Positions 18,216-29,727 of a DNA stretch of 64,000 bases are shown one piece after another (positions within the stretch are counted from its first letter, which is position 1; every line of letters starts with the position of its first letter). The stretch is taken from IMG/VR virus record IMGVR_UViG_3300028027_000046; one strand, 5' to 3'. This DNA is from an uncultured virus (IMG/VR IMGVR_UViG_3300028027_000046) (lineage: Duplodnaviria > Heunggongvirae > Uroviricota > Caudoviricetes). The notes beneath the pieces were generated by a model, which was given only the letters and a program-made list of their open reading frames with translations, was not told the origin of the DNA and made no database searches. Position numbers and translations under genes: made by a program.

Positions 18216-19393
18216 TGAGTTACAGTAAATTTGGATTTTCCAATCTTGTTAAATCCAATTCCCCTCTTACTAGACAACAAACCCCAAACTCATACTCTGA
18301 AACCATAACGGCTCAGGTAACCAAAGTTATTACCTCTGATAATCCTGACCCAATAGTTAATGGTGGGATAACTTATTCAAAAGTAGGAACTATACTATGT
18401 ACTGCAATCACCCAAAATGTTATTGGGAGTCAATACATAGCAACACCTAAATCTACATCAACTATTAATATACCTGAAGTAGAGGAAATGGTAACTTTAT
18501 ATAAAGTACCGTCTCCAAACAGTAATGGAGGTATGTGGCTTTACGACCAACCCCATTCATTATATGATGGTAGTTCCATTAATAATAATAAATCAACGTT
18601 ACTTAATACTCCATTATCCCCATCTAATAATATTAAAGACTATAAAAAATCTGAATTAGGTATACCTACTCAACAAACCACCCCAACCCCAAAACAACAA
18701 ACATTTACCGAAGCAGAAATTAACCCTCTCACCCAAAATTCGGGAGACATAATTCGCTATGGTAGATATGGTCAAAGTTTACGATTTGGTAACAATGCTG
18801 GAAATCCTGTAACTATACTTAGAAATGGGCAAACTAAATCAAACGAGTCTGGTTTTGTACCCATCTCAGAGGACATTAAAAACGATTTAGCATCCCTATA
18901 TTTAACATCTAATCAAACAATAAAACTCAGTTTGGCTAATGAAAATTTCACATCTTATTCCACACCACCAATATCCCCTTCATCCTTTAATCTACCTCAG
19001 GTTATATTATGGTCGGATCGGGTAATCTTGAATGCGAAATCTGATAGTGTCTTAATCAGTGCAGCCAAGTCGGTGAGTTTATCATCTAATGAGAGTATCA
19101 ACGCGGATTCCCCATTAATTAATGTACATAGTAATGATATAAGAATTGGCCCAAACCCAACCTCAGCTACTGAACCAGCATTATTGGGAGACATCACCAT
19201 AGATCTTATTAAACAATTATGTTTTGCAGTTAAATCCATGGCTAATCTACTTGAAACATCCCAATTATTCCCGGGAGGTGCACCAGTCCCTGACGCCGCC
19301 GGAAATGTAATAGGTAACACGGCATCTAATGTGGTCCAGGGTATATTAGATAATTTAGATAAAACTAAATCCAAATACATCAAACTAAAATGA
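18215..19393 (+). CDS. baseplate hub/spike-related protein (gp5/GpV-like)
   Basis: PEVEEMV OB-fold-like motif, GD...GRYGQSLRF, beta-repeat region, EPALLGD. Confidence 0.6.
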   Translation: MSYSKFGFSNLVKSNSPLTRQQTPNSYSETITAQVTKVITSDNPDPIVNGGITYSKVGTILCTAITQNVIGSQYIATPKSTSTINIPEVEEMVTLYKVPSPNSNGGMWLYDQPHSLYDGSSINNNKSTLLNTPLSPSNNIKDYKKSELGIPTQQTTPTPKQQTFTEAEINPLTQNSGDIIRYGRYGQSLRFGNNAGNPVTILRNGQTKSNESGFVPISEDIKNDLASLYLTSNQTIKLSLANENFTSYSTPPISPSSFNLPQVILWSDRVILNAKSDSVLISAAKSVSLSSNESINADSPLINVHSNDIRIGPNPTSATEPALLGDITIDLIKQLCFAVKSMANLLETSQLFPGGAPVPDAAGNVIGNTASNVVQGILDNLDKTKSKYIKLK

Positions 19394-20541
19394 TATCAGG
19401 AATAGTCATAGATTCATCCACTAATAAACCATTGAAGGGCGTAAAATTAACGTCATCCAATAGTGATAGTCCAATTACATCAACTACAGATGTTAATGGT
19501 AAATTTACCATTAATGTTCCTTCATTCCCTAACAACATCACCATTTCATACGCTGGATATAATACTAAAGAGGTAAAACCATTTAAAGGTGATGGTGAAA
19601 TTAAAAATGATTTAGGTGTACAGCAATTAACCCCACTTAAACAAGATATATCTAGGGATTTACTTAATTCATCTCAAATGAGTTCATCACAAGTAGATTC
19701 ACTATTAAAATCTAAAAAAGACTCTAATTATTACACACAGAAACGGTTAAGTGGTACTGTTAAAGACATTAAATCTCAATTAATGCCTATAGCCATAGGA
19801 ATGGTTGCTGAATTTGGATTATCAAATATAAGTACATTAATTACTAAACCACAATCTGAAATTCAAAGATATGTAGATAATTCTACTTGTCCTACCCCTG
19901 ATACTTTAAATAAATTATTAAATACCAAAAACAAGTTATATAAAAAAATAAACAATATCTCAACTACCATAGATGTAACTACTAAAGCATTAGGTATAAC
20001 TACTGGTATATTGGGTGGATTAAATATAGCATTACAGGTTTTAAAAAATCTCCCTGTTCCTGTAGCCGTAGCCGGTGTAGGTATCCCTATGAATGTCATA
20101 ACCCAAGTTCAGAGTTCAATTAAAAAAATTGAAGGTACTATTAGTAAATTAAGTGCTGTAAGCGCGGGTTCATTAATGATATTAGTATCTATACGTCAAG
20201 TTCTAACCCAACTTATGCAATATTTAAGCTTATTAGATCTACTCATCCAACATTGTGCTCCAAACACACCACAATCACAAGAAACATTAAACCAAGCACT
20301 ACTGGATTTAACTAAAGAAGCAGAACAACAATCCGTAATAGTTCCACCCACCATAAATGGATTTACATTAACCATAGAAACTGAAATTACCGAAAAACCA
20401 TTAAAACGTAAACGAGCAATCGCCAAAAATAGAAGTGGTGTTAATCTTTTACAAGGAGAGTGGTCTTTCAGCTCAATTGATCAGATATTGATAGACGAAT
20501 TAACATTCTATATACAAACCAAAAATTTAAAAGCAGATTAA
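19390..20541 (+). CDS. virion protein with N-terminal carboxypeptidase-regulatory-like domain
   Basis: ISGIVIDSSTNKPLKGV...TTDVNGKFTI...ISYAGY. Confidence 0.7.
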   Translation: MISGIVIDSSTNKPLKGVKLTSSNSDSPITSTTDVNGKFTINVPSFPNNITISYAGYNTKEVKPFKGDGEIKNDLGVQQLTPLKQDISRDLLNSSQMSSSQVDSLLKSKKDSNYYTQKRLSGTVKDIKSQLMPIAIGMVAEFGLSNISTLITKPQSEIQRYVDNSTCPTPDTLNKLLNTKNKLYKKINNISTTIDVTTKALGITTGILGGLNIALQVLKNLPVPVAVAGVGIPMNVITQVQSSIKKIEGTISKLSAVSAGSLMILVSIRQVLTQLMQYLSLLDLLIQHCAPNTPQSQETLNQALLDLTKEAEQQSVIVPPTINGFTLTIETEITEKPLKRKRAIAKNRSGVNLLQGEWSFSSIDQILIDELTFYIQTKNLKAD

Positions 20542-20559
20542 TTTAATATTTATAAACAT

Positions 20560-20895
20560 ATGAAAACATCAGAACTTAAACAGTTAATTAAAGAAGCGGT
20601 ACGTGATGCTATACGTGACGAAATGAAGGATATACTTTTAGAAGCACTTAAAACACCTAAAACATCCATTCAAGAAACACAAACCACACAAACAGACTAT
20701 AAACCAACATTCACTCAACCTACATTTGATGCTAGAGAGAAATACGCTAATATATTAGGTGAAACAGCAATGAGTTTTACTAGCCGAGACATTAACCAAT
20801 TCAACCCATCTGCTGTAGGTGATCCTGTAAATGGTAACCTAGGTAACGGTGAATTAGGTATGGATCAAATTATGAATTTATTAAATGGTAAATAA
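20560..20895 (+). CDS. structural/assembly hypothetical protein
   Basis: ELKQLIKEAVRDAI leader; late motif at 20546. Confidence 0.65.
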   Translation: MKTSELKQLIKEAVRDAIRDEMKDILLEALKTPKTSIQETQTTQTDYKPTFTQPTFDAREKYANILGETAMSFTSRDINQFNPSAVGDPVNGNLGNGELGMDQIMNLLNGK

Positions 20896-21305
20896 TGGCA
20901 TTTGGACCGGTTCAAATACAACCTATTGATTTAGAAGAAAGTGTAGCTGTGGGGGTAAACCTCCCATTCAGCTCACCTTCTGTATTCTCATCTAATTATC
21001 AAACCAAAGACTCTACCAAAAATAACCTAATTAATTTTTTCCTAACCAACCCTGGAGAACGCCCATTAAACCCAACATTTGGTGGTGGGTTACGATCATT
21101 CCTATTTGAACAGATGGATAAAAATAACTTGGAATTCTTAAAAGAAGATATATCTGAAAAAACATCTAAGTATTTCCCTAATGTAAAAATAGAGGAACTA
21201 ACCGTAACTGGTAAACCTGATACTAATATTGTAAATGTGTCAATGACCTATTCAATATTAAATACTAATACAACTGATACCTTACAAATAACATTCAATG
21301 GATAA
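20895..21305 (+). CDS. baseplate wedge subunit, gp25/GpW-like
   Basis: NLINFFLTNPGERPLNPTFGGGLRSFLFE. Confidence 0.9.
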   Translation: MAFGPVQIQPIDLEESVAVGVNLPFSSPSVFSSNYQTKDSTKNNLINFFLTNPGERPLNPTFGGGLRSFLFEQMDKNNLEFLKEDISEKTSKYFPNVKIEELTVTGKPDTNIVNVSMTYSILNTNTTDTLQITFNG

Positions 21306-23133
21306 AGATATAAAATACATTAACCGAGACTTCTCAGACTTTAGACAGCGGTTAATAGAGTATACCAAAACATACTTCCCAAACACGTATAATGATTTTT
21401 CACCATCCTCACCGGGGATGATGTTTATGGAACAAGCTGCATATGTTGGTGATGTATTGAGTTTTTATTTAGATAATCAAATCCAAGAGAATTTCACCCA
21501 ATATGCCCAACAAACCAACAACATATACGAATTAGCATATATGTTTGGGTATAAACCAAAAACAACAACTGCAGCACAAACCACAATTGATTTTTATCAA
21601 CAAGTCCCATCCAAAGCAATAGGTGGTGGTAATGTAATACCGGATTATGATTACGCATTAACTGTTGGAGAAAATACCACTGTATCAGCTAATGGTGCAT
21701 CATTCATTATCCAAGATAAAATTGATTTCTCTACATCCAGCTCACAAGACCCAACTGAAGTATCAGTGTATCAAATAGCGGGTGGTGTACCTCAATATTA
21801 CTTATTAAAAAAATCACGTCACGCTATATCATCTACCATTAATACAACAACATTTTCATTTGGTGATTCACAACCATTCACCACAGTCAATATACCTTCA
21901 GCAAACATAATTAAAATACTGGATGTAATTGATTCAGATGGAAATGTGTGGTATGAAGTAGATCATTTAGGTCAAGAAATGGTAATTGACCCAATTAAAA
22001 ACACAAACATTAACGACCCAAATAGTGGCAAAGATGTTCCGTATTTAATGCGATTAAAAAAGGTACAGCGACGGTTCGCAACTAGATTCACATCAAACAC
22101 CAATTTACAATTACAATTTGGAACTGGTGATTCAAACAATATTGACGAAGAAATCACACCAAATGCCAATAACGTAGGAATGGGTTTACCTATTAAACAA
22201 ACTAAATTAACTTCAGCATATTCACCTACCAACTTCCTATGCACTGGAACTTATGGTATTTCACCATCAAATACTACATTAACTGTTCGTTATTTAACAG
22301 GTGGTGGTGTTTCATCAAATGTTGCCGCTAATACATTAACCAATGTTAATACGGCTAATGTTAAATTTAACCAATTTAATTTAAATCCAACTACTTCAAA
22401 TTACATATTTACATCATTAGCTTCAAATAACCCAATAGCTGCTAGTGGAGGTAAAGGAGGAGACACTATTGACGAAATACGCCAAAATACATTAATGTCA
22501 GTAGCGGCTCAACAACGTTCTGTTACTGCTGAAGACTATTTAATTCGCGCTTTAAATATGCCTTCTGATTTTGGTTCAGTATCTAAAGCATATATTGAGC
22601 AACCTAAACTAACTGACAACCAAGTATCTACTATTGAAACGCTTAACTTGTATGTATTAACCCAAAATGCACAAGGTCAATTAGATTACCCAACTGCAGT
22701 ATTAAAAAATAATTTACGCACATATCTATCACAATATAGAATGATTGGTGATAATATTGAAATTAGAGATGCATTCATAATTAATGTTGGTGTTAATTTC
22801 GAAATAATAGTTACACCCAACTCAAACAACAACGAAGTAATACTAAACTGCATATCATCAATCCAGGATTATTTCAACCGCGACAAGTGGCAAATCAATC
22901 AACCAATCATGATGCGTGACTTATATATACTTTTGGATAAAGTTAAAGGTGTACAAACGGTAAAATCCGTCACTATTGAAAACAAAGCAGGTACATCTTT
23001 AGGTTATTCTCCGTATGCATACGACATACTTGGTGCTACACAAAACAATGTAATATACCCATCCCTTGACCCAAGTATATTTGAATTAAGATACCCTCAA
23101 CAAGACATTAAAGGACGCGTTTCCCCTCTATAG
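21298..23133 (+). CDS. baseplate wedge protein, gp6/GpJ-like
   Basis: YINRDF...AYVGDVLSFYLD; LQFG; GG..GDTIDEIR; QQRSVTAEDY. Confidence 0.88.
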   Translation: MDKDIKYINRDFSDFRQRLIEYTKTYFPNTYNDFSPSSPGMMFMEQAAYVGDVLSFYLDNQIQENFTQYAQQTNNIYELAYMFGYKPKTTTAAQTTIDFYQQVPSKAIGGGNVIPDYDYALTVGENTTVSANGASFIIQDKIDFSTSSSQDPTEVSVYQIAGGVPQYYLLKKSRHAISSTINTTTFSFGDSQPFTTVNIPSANIIKILDVIDSDGNVWYEVDHLGQEMVIDPIKNTNINDPNSGKDVPYLMRLKKVQRRFATRFTSNTNLQLQFGTGDSNNIDEEITPNANNVGMGLPIKQTKLTSAYSPTNFLCTGTYGISPSNTTLTVRYLTGGGVSSNVAANTLTNVNTANVKFNQFNLNPTTSNYIFTSLASNNPIAASGGKGGDTIDEIRQNTLMSVAAQQRSVTAEDYLIRALNMPSDFGSVSKAYIEQPKLTDNQVSTIETLNLYVLTQNAQGQLDYPTAVLKNNLRTYLSQYRMIGDNIEIRDAFIINVGVNFEIIVTPNSNNNEVILNCISSIQDYFNRDKWQINQPIMMRDLYILLDKVKGVQTVKSVTIENKAGTSLGYSPYAYDILGATQNNVIYPSLDPSIFELRYPQQDIKGRVSPL

Positions 23134-23173
23134 CAAAATTATATATTGCCATATTTATAATAAAATAATATAA

Positions 23174-24271
23174 ATGGCCATATATAAAATATTCCCGTTA
23201 CAAGACACCACACTATATACTATCTATCCCACATCCAATACTGGGATAGATGCTATGTGTGAGGTATCTAATACTCTAGATATTTCAGGTACCCCACAAG
23301 TAGCACGTTATTTATCGTTATATGATGATACTGAAATAGCAGATGTTATTAATAACATTATAGGTAATGCTTCCCACTCAATATACCTACGCAATTTCAT
23401 ATCTACTGCTAAAGGAATAGGTACAGACATATCTCTTGATATTCGTCCTATTGCCCAAACATGGAACAACGGTACCGGATATTTTGGAGATTCACCTGAA
23501 GAAACAGATGGCGCGTCTTGGAATGTAGCTACATACAATACACCTTGGAATATGTCTGGGAGTATTGGTGGTTATTCATATACGGGATCAAATGCCGGAA
23601 CGGGTGGAGGTAATTGGTTTACCACCTCTAGTTTACACATAACACAATCATTTGGTTTGCGTTCACAAAAAGACCTTGAACTAAACGTTACACCAATTGT
23701 AAAATCATGGTACAATCAAACAATACCAAATAACGGTTTCATCACCAAATTATCCAGCTCATTCGAATTCAATGCAAACGTTGAACCATCATTAAAATAC
23801 TATAGTGTAGACACTAACACTATATACCCACCACACTTAGAATTCAGATGGAGAGACTACAAAACCATATTAACTGGATCAGCAACATCTAGTATAGTTA
23901 ATACTTCAGACATTAAAATATCATTAGCTGAAAACCCAACCACATTCCACCCAGAAAGCATCAATCGTTTCTATTTAAATGTAAGCCCATTATATCCAAC
24001 TCGTACATTCCAGACCAGTTCATATTTTACGGATTTACATTATTTACCAACGTCTTCATATTTTGCTATAAAAGACTTGGATACCAACGATTATGTTTGT
24101 ACATTCGATGAAACATATACGCAGATTAGTTCCGATGCAAAAGGTAATTATTTTACGGTGTATATGAGTGGTCTTGAACCTGAACGTTATTACCAAATAG
24201 TAATTAAATCAGAAATTAACGGTTCTACTGTATTATTTGACGACAATTATTATTTTAAAGTGATTAACTAA
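23174..24271 (+). CDS. virion structural protein (DNRLRE-like)
   Basis: DTTLY...WNNGTG...NVTPIVKSW...NNGF...YPPHLE. Confidence 0.7.
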   Translation: MAIYKIFPLQDTTLYTIYPTSNTGIDAMCEVSNTLDISGTPQVARYLSLYDDTEIADVINNIIGNASHSIYLRNFISTAKGIGTDISLDIRPIAQTWNNGTGYFGDSPEETDGASWNVATYNTPWNMSGSIGGYSYTGSNAGTGGGNWFTTSSLHITQSFGLRSQKDLELNVTPIVKSWYNQTIPNNGFITKLSSSFEFNANVEPSLKYYSVDTNTIYPPHLEFRWRDYKTILTGSATSSIVNTSDIKISLAENPTTFHPESINRFYLNVSPLYPTRTFQTSSYFTDLHYLPTSSYFAIKDLDTNDYVCTFDETYTQISSDAKGNYFTVYMSGLEPERYYQIVIKSEINGSTVLFDDNYYFKVIN

Positions 24272-24615
24272 TGAGTGAGAATGTTACATTTGCTAAACAA
24301 GTTTACAATAAAGGTCAATATTCAAAAGTAATTGACACTTCATTTAAACAGTTGGGCGTTAAAACCATCCAACAACAAATTGCTGCTAAACCAACAGTAG
24401 AGCAGTTATTTGAAATGTATAATGAATTATTCTACGAAATTCCGGAAACGGGAAACAATTCACATACTTACCTAATTGAGAAAAGTAGTGAATATGTTAA
24501 TTACGAACAAAATTTAGACGAAATAATAGCGTTACAAGCAGAAATAGCCCAATTACGTATGGATTTACTTGAATCCCAAAAACAAGTAACAGAGTTACAA
24601 ACACAAACAAAATAA
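24271..24615 (+). CDS. structural hypothetical protein with C-terminal coiled coil
   Basis: context and heptad pattern. Confidence 0.65.
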   Translation: MSENVTFAKQVYNKGQYSKVIDTSFKQLGVKTIQQQIAAKPTVEQLFEMYNELFYEIPETGNNSHTYLIEKSSEYVNYEQNLDEIIALQAEIAQLRMDLLESQKQVTELQTQTK

Positions 24616-24627
24616 TATTAGTTATTA

Positions 24628-27600
24628 ATGGCTACTGAAATAACCCAAATAGACACTACTGATTTTAATTTACAGTCATATCAAATAACAGATACTAATT
24701 TAATACCTACATTTGAGGTAAATACATCATTATCTGGTTCGAGTAATATTGAATTCTTTGTGTATGACAATAATAAAAATTTACTCTATACTGAATATAA
24801 TTTTAAAAATTATTCTGTATTGAATAACGGCCAATCAGCTGATACCAATACATTATCTCAAATTACATTCAACCCTGAAACAGATTTATCTAACCTTGGA
24901 TTTAATCAAGGCGAATTCATAGCGTATTATTCATTTTTGAATAAGCAAATTGGCTCAGATATTGAACCTTTATATATAGCTGAATTATCTTCAGACCGTA
25001 CCGAAATACGTTTAGACAGCACAACATTAACTGAAGCGGATATTGTTGAAAAAACAAATATGTTTATCAACGAGCGCGAATCTAGTTCATATTTCCTTGA
25101 CTTTCATTTAAATTTTGGGGACAACCAATATACTATAGCTAATAACATAGTATTAGACAATGAAGACCCAACCAACCCAACCATATTAATCAAATTATAT
25201 GAACCATTACCAGATTCATATGATTTAAACACTACGTTATGGGTTAACACAATAATTGAGGAACCAGTAGCATATAAGGTAGCATTTGAAGATGAGCCAA
25301 TCATATTTAGTGATACGGTATCAGTTAAAGGCCCTAATTTTAATTTAGACTTAAAAGACCAAGTAAATAATTCAACCGCAGAATTATCTTATGCCGACAT
25401 AATTGCTACCCCATTATCTAGCTCATTCAGTCAAATCAATAGTTTACTTGAATCCAAAGAAATCGACATAAACATCGACTACAATGATTTTAGTAAATTT
25501 GTTCATTTTAGCTCGGCCCAAACACGTTTGGAAAACTTTTATGCTAAAGTATCATTAATCGAACAATATTCAGCTTCCATTGCTGTACTTGATTCAACTA
25601 CATCATCCCAAACCGAAATAAGCAGCAGTAAAGCAACATACATTAGTAAAATAGACAACATCATCACCAATTTCGATGGTTATGATTATTTCTTATACTA
25701 TACTTCGGGTTCACATTCGTGGCCTAAAACTACATCTACATTACCATACGAATTAGCAAAAGTAAACAGCGTTGCCGTTTCAGATTGGTTCGGTAGTACT
25801 AACGAATACAGTAACGTATATGGTGGTGAAATTTTATCTGCATCATTGTATGACAATACAAACCCAGACAATTTATTTTACTCCATACCAGAATACCTAA
25901 GGGAAGATGACGCAAACCAACAATACGAATTATTCGTAAACATGGTTGGACAACATTACGACAACATCTGGGTATACTACAATGAAGTATCATCAAAATA
26001 CAATTCAGACAACCGTTTAGAGTACGGTATATCCAAAGATTTAGTTGCGGATGCTATTAAGGATTTCGGTGTTAAACTATACCAAAACAGTTTCACCAAT
26101 GACGATTTATTCACATCGTTCTTAGGTCTTACCCCAAACGGTAGTATATTTCCATTTCCAAATATTACCGGATCATTACCAACTCCATCCGGATTTGAAT
26201 ACGTTAACACACTTATATCAGCATCCAACGATAATGTTGCGTTAGACGACGTAAATAAATCGCTATATAAACGCATTTACCATAACTTACCATACCTGCT
26301 TAAATCTAAAGGAACACTACCTGGATTGCGCGCACTTATAACGTCGTATGGTATACCTGATACCGTATTAAGAATAAACGAATATGGTGGTAAAGACCGA
26401 GTAAACACAAACGACTGGGATTCATGGGAAAATGAATTTAACTATGCATTCTCAACTAGTGGTAGTAACTTTATATCGTCATCTTGGGATTTAAATACTG
26501 ACTGGAACGCAGCAGATAATGTACCATCAACATTAATGTTCCGCTTTAAAACAGATGGTTTACCCCATGGAAATATCCAGCGCTCACAAAGTGTATGGTA
26601 CGGCGATGGTGGAGCCGCACTTACATTAACATATACTGGATCTGCATATACATCTGCATCTTACAGCGGTTCAATTATTGACCCATACCACCAATACGCC
26701 ACATTAACATTTTACCCAAACACCAATAATAACACAGCAACAGCTAGTGTATACATGCCGTTCTTTGACGGTGAATGGTGGTCAGTAATGGTAAATAAAA
26801 CAGGTACTCAATTTGAGCTACAAGCCCAAAACAAACTACTTGGTGGTGGTAACAATACAGACACTATAGGTTTTAGTGCATCGGCATCCATAGACACAAC
26901 TGGATATAATTGGATATCAACCAATACATCATATTTTCCAGCAGCATTCTCAACTACTGATCCTACTGGATACGACATAATAGTATACGATGTTGGTATA
27001 TATGATGGTACAGGTGCATTAGCCGCAACATATTCACCATTCACCGGTTCATACCAAGAAATTCGATACTATTCAAATGCTGTGAGTAATGAAATATTCG
27101 CTAATTACACCATGAATCCGTATTCAATTGAGGGTAATACTACGAATGAATCACCAAATACACTTGCATTTAGAGCACCTGTAGGTGGTGAATTATATAT
27201 GTTGACATCATCTATTCACCCTAAAGTAGCAGGTAGTTGGAATACAACTCATTCATTTACTAACCATAGTAATTTTTATTTCGACTCAACCCCACATTTC
27301 GTACCAAATACCGAATATTTTTACTTTAACCAACCCGTAGCTGGTATTAAAAACGCGATATCGGATAAAATACGCGTGGAAAACAACGTACTTCCATCTG
27401 GTAATACGTTATCGCCATTCATGGCTTTAATGCAACAAACACACGCTAGTTCTAGCTACACACCAAACATAAACTATTTAGAGGTTGCATTTTCACCACA
27501 AAACGAATTAAACGACGACATTATATCGCAATTGGGTAATTTCAATATTGGTGAATATATTGGCGACCCTAGCTTACGCTCATCACCAAACCAAACATAC

Positions 27601-29679
27601 CCAGATTTGGACAGGTTACGTAATGAATATTTCGCAAAATACTTAACTAGATACAATTTAACCGATTTCATTCGACTAATCAAATTCTTCGACAATTCGT
27701 TATTCAAAATGATTCGTGATTTTGTACCGGCGCGTACTAGTTTAGCATCTGGTATTGTTGTAAAACAACATTTACTTGAGCGAAACAAATACGCACAACC
27801 ACAAATGACCCACACATTGCTAGAAATATCTGGTAGTGTGAAACCACAATGGAACGACTACGAAGACGGGCCGTTGGTTGGAGCCAGTGGTGGTACAGGT
27901 GGAATGCTTAACCAATCAACATTACCTTCACAATCATTCAATGAAGTAATATCTACGTTGTCTGGCTCAGTAATTAAGGTTCATTCTACACAAGATGAAC
28001 TATACAATGGTGAGTTAAATGGTTCAGCGATGATTGTAACTACCCAAAGTTTATCTGACCCATTAACAGATGAATACCCACTGCTAAACAATGCAATGGA
28101 TACTATATCCAACCCAGTGTATCAAAATGTGGATTATTCAACCAACGCTACATCCCCTGTAAACTTTGATTTACTCATAGCTGATTCAGCAAGTAAATCA
28201 AATAGTGATACTGATTTAGCAATTCCATCATATTTCCCATCCAAAGCATATACACTCCCTCGATATTATGGATGTAAATCAACCTCACAAAAAATAAACG
28301 AATGGACCCCAGGAGATGTAGGTAACATAGGTAAGACACCAACCGCACAATTACTTAAAACATCTATTGCATATTGTGATTCAGTTTTAAGTTTATCCCC
28401 AGAACATGAGGATGCATCCAAAATACACATTAAATATTTAATTAATGCTGATGGTACAGTTAGTGTACCCAACTCAACCCCAAACTCATTGCAAAACAAC
28501 CAAGGTACATTCATTACCGATGAAAACGTATTCATTAGTTCACGCAATGAGGGTATTAGTACCACTACTAGTATCGGTTCAAATCCTGATAAAGCATATC
28601 GAAAAATAATTCGTGGTGCATCTAGAATTGAACCTGTATTATATAATCAATCTGGATCTAAACCACCACAGTGGGTAGAAAATATTGACATACAAAACCA
28701 AATATCCCCAGCTGTTGGAAATCATGAAATGTCATTTTATTCTACTGGCTCCAGTGGAAATATAAATAGCAATGAAACCTATTTTTATTACTTACATACA
28801 TTACCTTCAGGCATAGACGAACTATTCTCATATAATATAACATCCAGTGTAGGTATAGTAAAACGCAGTAATGACAATGGTACAGATGGTGGGGTGAAGG
28901 TTGGTCTTTACATCCAAGAATATCTAGGTAGTGGTTCTAACCAATATACAGAACTTTCAGCTACATTTTTCCCCAACACCCTCTGGGATAATTCAACATC
29001 TGGTGGGTATTCTCCTGTAATTTCATATTTAGTTCCCCAAGAACAACTAGCATATCTGGCTAATAAAGACATTGCCATAGGAATACGTGGAACAAACGTC
29101 ACAGACCCAGGATATGGTGTAGATGAAGATGATTGGAGATTAATATACCGTAGCTCAGAAACCCATCAATACCCAACCCCCGGTTCCCAACCGGCAATAC
29201 AAGTACCATCCAATATATGGGTATCAGCATCATTTGGATCAAATGCTATATATACTACACAATCATTTATGGTTAGTTCATATAAATCCAACTTAATTAC
29301 ACCAACGTGGTATATGAAAGATATACCTAACTCAGGGTATGATACCATATTAACTGAATGGGGAGTAAAACGTGGGGATATATTTAGATTTGAAGGTGAC
29401 GAGAAAAAATCATTCATGGTTAATTATGTGACCACTGAATCCGTGAATAACACTGGTTCAATTATGGTATACCTTAACAACCAGGTACCATCAAGCCTTA
29501 ACATCAACCACTATTCACTTGTCCGCTATGTAGATGATGCTAGCCAGATAATAATTGAAGGTTTCCGCCCAAATAACTCATCAGCTCCATATATAATCAA
29601 ACCTGAATTTGTAGTCCCTGAACTAGATAAAGACATTGACGCATTTATCATGGATCTTACGCAAAAAGGTTTGCTGTAG
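24628..29679 (+). CDS. large baseplate/tail protein (gp7/GpI-like core plus variable C-terminus)
   Basis: 1683 aa; YLLKSKGT..GLRALI..YG motif; position after gp6-like gene. Confidence 0.7.
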   Translation: MATEITQIDTTDFNLQSYQITDTNLIPTFEVNTSLSGSSNIEFFVYDNNKNLLYTEYNFKNYSVLNNGQSADTNTLSQITFNPETDLSNLGFNQGEFIAYYSFLNKQIGSDIEPLYIAELSSDRTEIRLDSTTLTEADIVEKTNMFINERESSSYFLDFHLNFGDNQYTIANNIVLDNEDPTNPTILIKLYEPLPDSYDLNTTLWVNTIIEEPVAYKVAFEDEPIIFSDTVSVKGPNFNLDLKDQVNNSTAELSYADIIATPLSSSFSQINSLLESKEIDINIDYNDFSKFVHFSSAQTRLENFYAKVSLIEQYSASIAVLDSTTSSQTEISSSKATYISKIDNIITNFDGYDYFLYYTSGSHSWPKTTSTLPYELAKVNSVAVSDWFGSTNEYSNVYGGEILSASLYDNTNPDNLFYSIPEYLREDDANQQYELFVNMVGQHYDNIWVYYNEVSSKYNSDNRLEYGISKDLVADAIKDFGVKLYQNSFTNDDLFTSFLGLTPNGSIFPFPNITGSLPTPSGFEYVNTLISASNDNVALDDVNKSLYKRIYHNLPYLLKSKGTLPGLRALITSYGIPDTVLRINEYGGKDRVNTNDWDSWENEFNYAFSTSGSNFISSSWDLNTDWNAADNVPSTLMFRFKTDGLPHGNIQRSQSVWYGDGGAALTLTYTGSAYTSASYSGSIIDPYHQYATLTFYPNTNNNTATASVYMPFFDGEWWSVMVNKTGTQFELQAQNKLLGGGNNTDTIGFSASASIDTTGYNWISTNTSYFPAAFSTTDPTGYDIIVYDVGIYDGTGALAATYSPFTGSYQEIRYYSNAVSNEIFANYTMNPYSIEGNTTNESPNTLAFRAPVGGELYMLTSSIHPKVAGSWNTTHSFTNHSNFYFDSTPHFVPNTEYFYFNQPVAGIKNAISDKIRVENNVLPSGNTLSPFMALMQQTHASSSYTPNINYLEVAFSPQNELNDDIISQLGNFNIGEYIGDPSLRSSPNQTYPDLDRLRNEYFAKYLTRYNLTDFIRLIKFFDNSLFKMIRDFVPARTSLASGIVVKQHLLERNKYAQPQMTHTLLEISGSVKPQWNDYEDGPLVGASGGTGGMLNQSTLPSQSFNEVISTLSGSVIKVHSTQDELYNGELNGSAMIVTTQSLSDPLTDEYPLLNNAMDTISNPVYQNVDYSTNATSPVNFDLLIADSASKSNSDTDLAIPSYFPSKAYTLPRYYGCKSTSQKINEWTPGDVGNIGKTPTAQLLKTSIAYCDSVLSLSPEHEDASKIHIKYLINADGTVSVPNSTPNSLQNNQGTFITDENVFISSRNEGISTTTSIGSNPDKAYRKIIRGASRIEPVLYNQSGSKPPQWVENIDIQNQISPAVGNHEMSFYSTGSSGNINSNETYFYYLHTLPSGIDELFSYNITSSVGIVKRSNDNGTDGGVKVGLYIQEYLGSGSNQYTELSATFFPNTLWDNSTSGGYSPVISYLVPQEQLAYLANKDIAIGIRGTNVTDPGYGVDEDDWRLIYRSSETHQYPTPGSQPAIQVPSNIWVSASFGSNAIYTTQSFMVSSYKSNLITPTWYMKDIPNSGYDTILTEWGVKRGDIFRFEGDEKKSFMVNYVTTESVNNTGSIMVYLNNQVPSSLNINHYSLVRYVDDASQIIIEGFRPNNSSAPYIIKPEFVVPELDKDIDAFIMDLTQKGLL

Positions 29680-29727
29680 TAATATTTATTCGTATATTGC
29701 ATAATTATAAACTAAAACACATATCAT